Assembly: GCA_964016885.1 (NCBI GenBank)
Contig: OZ024740.1
Location: 169,880,001-169,944,000 of the forward strand
Length of the DNA stretch: 64,000 nucleotides
Direction: 5' to 3'
Source of the DNA: Eledone cirrhosa
Lineage: Eukaryota
Shown here: positions 55,774 through 64,000 of the stretch, one piece after another
Layout of the letters: every line of letters starts with the position of its first letter
Numbering within the stretch: position 1 is the first letter of the stretch
The notes under the pieces: model-generated
What the model was told of the DNA's origin: nothing
Seen by the model: only the letters and a program-made list of their open reading frames with translations
Database searches by the model: none
Translations under genes and position numbers: made by a program

Positions 55774-58700
55774 CAAATAACGAAACGAAATTAAACCTCG
55801 TTTCGTTTGTAACTCACTTTTGTATGACTGACGCTTAAACAATTAAGTTAAAAATGTACATCCACATATGTATACTGAAATACTAGTATGCATATGAATA
55901 CACACACGTATACATATGTAGATGTACCGAGTTTTTCACTGGTCACTTTACTGCGAGTGTCCAGCTATTCTGTATGTAAACACACAGACAAACCGGTTTT
56001 TAGAGTCATACTGGTTTTTGAGGAAACACCTTTCCTCTATTCTCCAGAAAGCCAGACAAGGAACATTGAACTAGTTTCGATGTTGTTACATCTCATCAGC
56101 AATATTTACCTATCTTCCGGCCTCTCTAGAGAATCGTAAAAGCACATATCGTTATATGCTTTTTCTATGAAAATTAGTAGTGGGCAGACTAATTTGCATA
56201 GAGCGTGAGTACGTACCGGTTCAACGGAGACGATAAAAACAAATAACGAAACGAAATTAAACCTCGTTTCGTTTGTAACTCACTTTTGTATGACTGACGC
56301 TTAAACAATTAAGTTAAAAATGTACATCCACATATGTATACTGAAATACTAGTATGCATATGAATACACACACGTATACATATGTAGATGTACCGAGTTT
56401 TTCACTGGTCACTTTACTGCGAGTGTCCAGCTATTCTGTATGTAAACACACAGACAAACCGGTTTTTAGAGTCATACTGGTTTTTGAGGAAACACCTTTC
56501 CTCTATTCTCCAGAAAGCCAGACAAGGAACATTGAACTAGTTTCGATGTTGTTACATCTCATCAGCAATATTTACCTATCTTCCGGCCTCTCTAGAGAAT
56601 CGTAAAAGCACATATCGTTATATGCTTTTTCTATGAAAATTAGTAGTGGGCAGACTAATTTGCATAGAGCGTGAGTACGTACCGGTTCAACGGAGACGAT
56701 AAAAACAAATAACGAAACGAAATTAAACCTCGTTTCGTTTGTAACTCACTTTTGTATGACTGACGCTTAAACAATTAAGTTAAAAATGTACATCCACATA
56801 TGTATACTGAAATACTAGTATGCATATGAATACACACACGTATACATATGTAGATGTACCGAGTTTTTCACTGGTCACTTTACTGCGAGTGTCCAGCTAT
56901 TCTGTATGTAAACACACAGACAAACCGGTTTTTAGAGTCATACTGGTTTTTGAGGAAACACCTTTCCTCTATTCTCCAGAAAGCCAGACAAGGAACATTG
57001 AACTAGTTTCGATGTTGTTACATCTCATCAGCAATGAGTTACAAACGAAACGAGGTTTAATTTCGTTTCGTTATTTGTTTTTATCGTCTCCGTTGAACCG
57101 GTACGTACTCACGCTCTATGCAAATTAGTCTGCCCACTACTAATTTTCATAGAAAAAGCATATAACGATATGTGCTTTTACGATTCTCTAGAGAGGCCGG
57201 AAGATAGGTAAATATTGCTGATGAGATGTAACAACATCGAAACTAGTTCAATGTTCCTTGTCTGGCTTTCTGGAGAATAGAGGAAAGGTGTTTCCTCAAA
57301 AACCAGTATGACTCTAAAAACCGGTTTGTCTGTGTGTTTACATACAGAATAGCTGGACACTCGCAGTAAAGTGACCAGTGAAAAACTCGGTACATCTACA
57401 TATGTATACGTGTGTGTATTCATATGCATACTAGTATTTCAGTATACATATGTGGATGTACATTTTTAACTTAATTGTTTAAGCGTCAGTCATACAAAAG
57501 TGAGTTACAAACGAAACGAGGTTTAATTTCGTTTCGTTATTTGTTTTTATCGTCTCCGTTGAACCGGTACGTACTCACGCTCTATGCAAATTAGTCTGCC
57601 CACTACTAATTTTCATAGAAAAAGCATATAACGATATGTGCTTTTACGATTCTCTAGAGAGGCCGGAAGATAGGTAAATATTGCTGATGAGATGTAACAA
57701 CATCGAAACTAGTTCAATGTTCCTTGTCTGGCTTTCTGGAGAATAGAGGAAAGGTGTTTCCTCAAAAACCAGTATGACTCTAAAAACCGGTTTGTCTGTG
57801 TGTTTACATACAGAATAGCTGGACACTCGCAGTAAAGTGACCAGTGAAAAACTCGGTACATCTACATATGTATACGTGTGTGTATTCATATGCATACTAG
57901 TATTTCAGTATACATATGTGGATGTACATTTTTAACTTAATTGTTTAAGCGTCAGTCATACAAAAGTGAGTTACAAACGAAACGAGGTTTAATTTCGTTT
58001 CGTTATTTGTTTTTATCGTCTCCGTTGAACCGGTACGTACTCACGCTCTATGCAAATTAGTCTGCCCACTACTAATTTTCATAGAAAAAGCATATAACGA
58101 TATGTGCTTTTACGATTCTCTAGAGAGGCCGGAAGATAGGTAAATATTGCTGATGAGATGTAACAACATCGAAACTAGTTCAATGTTCCTTGTCTGGCTT
58201 TCTGGAGAATAGAGGAAAGGTGTTTCCTCAAAAACCAGTATGACTCTAAAAACCGGTTTGTCTGTGTGTTTACATACAGAATAGCTGGACACTCGCAGTA
58301 AAGTGACCAGTGAAAAACTCGGTACATCTACATATGTATACGTGTGTGTATTCATATGCATACTAGTATTTCAGTATACATATGTGGATGTACATTTTTA
58401 ACTTAATTGTTTAAGCGTCAGTCATACAAAAGTGAGTTACAAACGAAACGAGGTTTAATTTCGTTTCGTTATTTGTTTTTATCGTCTCCGTTGAACCGGT
58501 ACGTACTCACGCTCTATGCAAATTAGTCTGCCCACTACTAATTTTCATAGAAAAAGCATATAACGATATGTGCTTTTACGATTCTCTAGAGAGGCCGGAA
58601 GATAGGTAAATATTGCTGATGAGATGTAACAACATCGAAACTAGTTCAATGTTCCTTGTCTGGCTTTCTGGAGAATAGAGGAAAGGTGTTTCCTCAAAAA

Positions 58701-58874
58701 CCAGTATGACTCTAAAAACCGGTTTGTCTGTGTGTTTACATACAGAATAGCTGGACACTCGCAGTAAAGTGACCAGTGAAAAACTCGGTACATCTACATA
58801 TGTATACGTGTGTGTATTCATATGCATACTAGTATTTCAGTATACATATGTGGATGTACATTTTTAACTTAATT
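55769..58874. mobile_element. 466-bp HHR tandem array (non-LTR retrozyme-like): about 2.7 units in one orientation and about 3.95 in the other, junction about 57035; (TA)n at both ends
   Basis: Identical ORF-track peptides every 466 bp on both strands; HHRs at 56062-56106, 56528-56572, 56994-57035 (-) and 57211-57255, 57677-57721, 58143-58187, 58609-58653 (+). Confidence 0.9.
57211..57255 (+). ncRNA. Type I minimal hammerhead (representative of 7 copies)
   Basis: AAUAUUG-CUGAUGA-GAUGU(AACA)ACAUC-GAAA-CUAG-UU-CAAUGUU. Confidence 0.85.
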
Positions 58875-58897
58875 ATATATATATATATATATATATA

Positions 58898-59060
58898 CAA
58901 TCTATTAACAAATGGAAACTATATTTCTAAAACCATATTTATTTTATTATACATATTTCAAGGGCCACCAAGGTAAATTATGGTGCGCTTTCATTAGATA
59001 AAATACAATACAGATTAGTTTTATAAATAAATATTGACATACCCTGAAAAAAAAACCTCT
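58898..59060 (-). mobile_element. Family H copy with G5A-mutated HHR (58940-59005)
   Basis: Reverse complement of about 55340-55490; core CUAAUGA. Confidence 0.8.
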
Positions 59061-59351
59061 GCATATATATATATATATATCAGTGTGTATATTTTTATAC
59101 ATGATGAAATACATTGTGGATATACAATTGAGGTAAAGGAATATTTATGATCAAGGTATCCCAACTGGAACTATCTTTTATTATCTGGTGGTAAGCAGGG
59201 CGTTATTTTTGGAGGAATTGGGGTGCTATTTTCTGCAGGTCGAACTAGAGATAACAGCGAGTCTGTTGGTATTGTATTAAGTTTTATTGTTGTTGTTGAT
59301 TATATTGTTTTTATTATTTCTGTTGTTTGCTACAGTTATTTTCATTGAGGC

Positions 59352-59960
59352 CAACACACACACATGCACACACACACATACACACACACTCACATACACA
59401 CACACACACATATGCACACACATACACACATGCACACACACACGCACACACACATACACACACACACATACAAACACACACACACACACACGTAGGCACA
59501 CACATGCTCACACAAACTCACACGTAGCCTCACTCACGCTCACACACACACATACACGTAGACACACTCATACTCACCCACACTCACATGCATACACACG
59601 TAGACACACTCATACTCACACACACTCACACGCAGACACACTCATACTCACACACACATACGCGTAGACGCACTCATACTCACACACACACATACATACA
59701 CGAAGACACACTCATACTCACACACACACCCACATACACGTAGACACACTCATACTCCCAAATACACTCAGACGCACACACATGTAGACACAATCATACT
59801 CTCACACACACAAACACACACAAACATACACACGTAGACACAGTCATAATCAAATACACACACACACACGCACGCGCACGCACACACACACATAGACACA
59901 CTCATAATCACACACACACACACGTAGAAACTCACACACACTCACATACACACTCACAGC
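59352..59960. repeat. CA-rich micro/minisatellite (acacgtagacacactcatactc-like units)
   Basis: Seen directly. Confidence 0.85.
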
Positions 59961-60361
59961 GGCACATCGATAGATATACTTCCTTTGACTCCGGACACTA
60001 CACTAGTTTTCATTATACGTGGGGTCGCTATACAAAGTACCAGTAATACACTGATATAATTGCTGGCCTTGTGCCAAACGTAGAAACAATTATACACTTT
60101 GTATTAACTTTCTTCCCTTTGTTCTAAGCCATCTAACCCATGCTAACGTGGAAGATAGAGGTTAAATGATGATGATGATGTTCTGTCAAATTTTGAGTTT
60201 CGATCGATTTAAAAGACGGTATATAGCTGTCTTTAAAGTTGGAGGCAGAGTGGGTTTTACGTATAAGCTAAACAAGCTATAGCTTAGGGCGCCCACACAA
60301 AAAAAAACAGCGACAATTTGTCGCTGACATAGGACATCTGGACATATAAAGGGCCCCATTA

Positions 60362-60548
60362 TGTGGATTGGCAGTATCGGTAGAGGGTCGGACGCCATGC
60401 TTTCCAGCATAGTTACGTCCCTTTACGATCTGAGTTCAAATGCCGCCGAGGTTGACTTTGCCTTTCATCCTTACGGGGTCGATAAAATAAAGTACCAGTA
60501 ATGCACTGGGTAATTTGCTGGCCTTGTGCCTAAAGTAGAGACAATTAT
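60362..60548 (+). mobile_element. Full SINE family 1 copy (other fragments at 60005-60092 and 40755-40808)
   Basis: tggcagtatcggtagag A box, gagttcaaatgcc B box, central motif and tail. Confidence 0.85.
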
Positions 60549-60641
60549 TTCAAATAGCTTAGGGCCTCATCAAATCTAAATCCGGCCTTGGTTGGTGGCT
60601 TGTGTTAATGATTACACATCATAATCATCATGTTCATAAAT

Positions 60642-60673
<32 letters not shown>

Positions 60674-60778
60674 TGATATCTTCATGTCATGGTTAAACAG
60701 ATAGAACAACTCGATAGATGAATGGATAAATAGTTGTTTAGATATAGATGGATGGATAGATAGATAGATAGTTGGATG

Positions 60779-60847
<69 letters not shown>

Positions 60848-61220
60848 TTGTTATATAGTAAGGTGTATTATTGGTTGTGCTATACGGTCCAATAAACTTT
60901 TGTTAGCAATATTAAGTTCTCCACGCTTTTGTATATGTCCAGTTCTATTTATGGGAAGAGCTAGATGATGTAAAGCAGAGTATTTGTATCAAAATAGTAA
61001 TAATAATAATAAATATATATATATATATATATTTTGAGTTTATGTTGGTTGTATACCAACACGCAGTATGCAGGCTGGAGCACTCGACGAAGTGCGCAGG
61101 TTGGTTTGACTCCAGTTCCTCAGTGAATTAACAACCCAACCAGGAACTGGGCATATCAGAGTATTGACAATATTATACACCTAAACAACATATGTACTTG
61201 TCTATACCATACTAATTCAA

Positions 61221-61275
61221 ACTGCCTGAAGAGGTCACAGCCAAAGATGGCTGTCACTGAAATATATATAACAGT
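61221..61275 (+). ncRNA. Minimal hammerhead in a (TA)n-flanked element (about 61032-61326)
   Basis: ACUGC-CUGAAGA-GGU-C-ACAGCCA(AAGA)UGGCUGU-C-ACU-GAAA-UAUAUA-UA-ACAGU-AAUAAA. Confidence 0.75.
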
Positions 61276-61393
61276 AATAAACGAAGCTAAATTTTAATCA
61301 TTTGACTTTTATCTAACTTTATTTTATATATATATATATATAGTAATAATAATAAATTTGAAGACTAAATATATATATATATATATATATAAG

Positions 61394-61465
<72 letters not shown>

Positions 61466-61468
<3 letters not shown>

Positions 61469-61650
61469 TGTGGCAAGAAACCAGGTGGATCATAACGCAC
61501 CTGAGTACTCGATACTTAGGGTAGTAGAGTAGGTAATAGGAAAAGAGTCAGGACCTTGGCGGCTGAGCTCCGGCCGCTTCGACAGCTAGAGCAGTTCGGT
61601 TCTAGCTGTTGAAACGACCGGAATTCGACCGTCAGGGGCCTGGCTCTTTT

Positions 61651-61652
<2 letters not shown>
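61466..61652 (-). mobile_element. Diverged family A fold-back element
   Basis: Same tail; inverted arm contains GAAA-CGAC(CGGAAUUCG)ACCG-UC-AGGGG. Confidence 0.8.
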
Positions 61653-61718
<66 letters not shown>

Positions 61719-61989
61719 AAGATAGAGAGAAATGGAGACAGGTATTGAAAATATTTTACAAAACCGATTGTTAATATTAGTTACATGCTTCGGTCTTTTA
61801 GAGTTTATTTTTGTTGTCTCTCTTTATTGCTTTATTTCTAACTGCCGCTCCCTGTCTCTCTGAGTCTCTCTCACGCCCCGCCTCCTCTCTCTTTTCCTCT
61901 CCCTCTCACTCTCCCCCTCAGGCTATCTATTTATATTTATATTTATTTCTTTTGAGACTTTTTCTCTTTCTCTTCCGTTCTATCGTTCA

Positions 61990-62035
<46 letters not shown>

Positions 62036-62423
62036 TCCTCTCTCTTACATTCTCCCTATCTCTTTATCATTTACGTATTTCACATAATTCTTTATTTTTC
62101 TAATGTTCACCCTCTCCTTCTTTCATACCCCCCCCCCTCATCTCTCTCGTTTCAATTCATCAACCTATTTTTTTAAATTTAATTTATTTTATATCGAAAA
62201 AAAAGGTGAACAATAGCGTCGTTGGTAACAATTTCTTCAGAAGCCAACTATATTTCTGTTTGCAAGGATCGCAAGAGAAAGCCTGTAACTCTCTCATGAA
62301 CGACACATATCAACAAGTGACTTTGTTCAAAAAGGAATAATTCCTCTTTCTTTGTTTTTTTTTATCGCCGATTTTGGCAGGCTCAGCTTGATTTGCTTAA
62401 TACTAAAACAACAACAATAATAA

Positions 62424-62552
62424 TAATTGTTTTTACTTTATGCACAAGGCCAGCAATTTGAAGAGGAGGGGAAAGTCGATTATGTTGAACCAGTATATTA
62501 CTGGTGCTTTATTTTATCGACCCCGTATAGATGAAAGGCAAAGTTAACCTCG
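62424..62552 (-). mobile_element. SINE family 1, 3' part
   Basis: gcacaaggccagcaattt...ttattttatcgaccccg...gatgaaaggcaaagttaacctcg. Confidence 0.8.
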
Positions 62553-62743
62553 AATAATAATTTGCTTTTAAAAATCCAGTAAGACAAAGGTATTTGGAAA
62601 AAAAAAAATTTAATATTAGTTTTTCTTTTTAATCATTTTTTAATGCAGAATCGCTATCTCCCATGTTTAAAAAACAGAATCCGAAGAAATCCAACCACCC
62701 TACCGTACCCGATGGTGTACTTATTCTCATGCTCCGCCCATAT

Positions 62744-62827
<84 letters not shown>

Positions 62828-63037
62828 TCAGCGAGAATCGCATTTCGGCGGTTAGAAAAAGCGAAACGTAACGCAAATTCCGAGTCATGCTCGCAAGCGC
62901 TCCATGGGCTAAAAAGACCAGAGCAATAAACATAGGTTATGAAGGCCATACAAACTAAGAAGGCGGTCAAGAAACCATTAACCAGCTAAGCCAAAAAACA
63001 AGTCAAGCTAAACAGGTCAGACAAAATAAATGACATA

Positions 63038-63077
<40 letters not shown>

Positions 63078-63723
63078 TATGTCATTTATTTTGTCTGACC
63101 TGTTTAGCTTGACTATATATATATGTTGATGGATGTGTGTGGTGTATATGTTTGTGGGTAGGTGTGTTTGTGTGTTAGTTTAGGAGTTCGTTCTTCTTTC
63201 TGTCATTCTTGCTATAAACTTTTTTTCTCAGTTTGTTGCCCTTGTAAGCTTTCACCATAGGCAGACCTTCGATCAAAATCCTTTGATGGACCGAAGATTT
63301 GACTGCTATTTCCAGCAGATCGAACGACTATGTTATGTTTACATTATTGGCATCTTTCTGTGTTTTCTATCACCAATTCCAATATATTTTTCTCTTCATT
63401 TCCTCTCTACTCCAATCTTCCCCAACCATTGTGACGTTCTCTCCCCCTTCTCTCTCTGCACATACACAGACACACACACATATACACATCGGTATGGATG
63501 ACCCTGTGTTTAACAGATGAAACTCCAGAGTAACCACTTCACCTTAATAAAATGAATATATATTTATATATATATTTAAAAGAATAGAGGTGTAACACAC
63601 AAGTTATTATATATTGGTAAATGGAATAGAAAATGCTGACAAATTGTTCACAGTGAAAAATAGTTTAATTAGGAATAAGTGAGAATTAGTAATTGTATTG
63701 GTTAGTATTCAGTTTTGGTTTTA

Positions 63724-63763
63724 AGTTTTACCGGTTGCGCATTTCTAATGCTTTTCAAAAATA
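63724..63763 (-). ncRNA. Degenerate hammerhead, U3-A8 variant (GAAA mutated to GCAA)
   Basis: Minus strand: UUU-UUGAAAA-GCAU(UAGAA)AUGC-GCAA-CCGG-UA-AAA. Confidence 0.55.
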
Positions 63764-64000
63764 ATTTTGAGATAGAGCGTCCGTGATGTTTGCTCTGATC
63801 TGATCAATTTTGGGAATTCTACCTGTTTTTATGTTAAAAAAGTGGCTCCAGCGGTATTAAAATAAGTTTTGCGCCAATTCGTGTTGCAAAAGTTCTTGTG
63901 GTCAAAACAATTTTGATTGGTCGGTAGAGGTCATGTGAATGTAAAAAATTGATTTTGCGCCAAATGTAGGTTTGTTTCGGCTGACTGAGAAATGACTCTT

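Noticed and set aside
55888-58827. Repeated 83-aa ORF MHMNTHTY... as a protein gene array
   Set aside because: It lies antisense to the HHR, has no recognisable domain and is repeated only because the unit is repeated
55769-58874. CRISPR array or simple satellite
   Set aside because: No unique spacers and a eukaryotic context; the HHR and (TA)n-anchored inversion point to a retro-derived array

Overview
Eukaryotic, AT-rich, microsatellite-saturated animal genomic DNA; the SINE and LINE complement and (TA)n density suggest a cephalopod such as Octopus (inference). No host protein-coding gene can be called confidently, and almost all short ORFs in the track are translated microsatellites. The window holds a near-intact full-length Tx1-clade LINE (about 4.55-10.58 kb), a decayed second Tx1 copy, a decayed Penelope-like element (PLE; RT plus the last residues of the endonuclease region), three RTE-clade LINE fragments, two tRNA-derived SINE families and a 200-N gap. 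The main observation is that the (TA)n tracts are colonised by about a dozen different small non-coding elements. Most carry a type I hammerhead ribozyme (HHR) motif, with roughly 25-30 motifs read by eye. Many have palindromic minimal stem III, and four families have the compensatory U3-A8 core. The elements share one architecture: head-to-head inverted and/or tandem copies whose 3' ends run into (TA)n. This fits a (TA)n-targeted community of non-autonomous PLE-dependent retrozymes, including a very young 466-bp array with an internal inversion at about 57035. All folds were derived by manual reading and need computational and biochemical confirmation.
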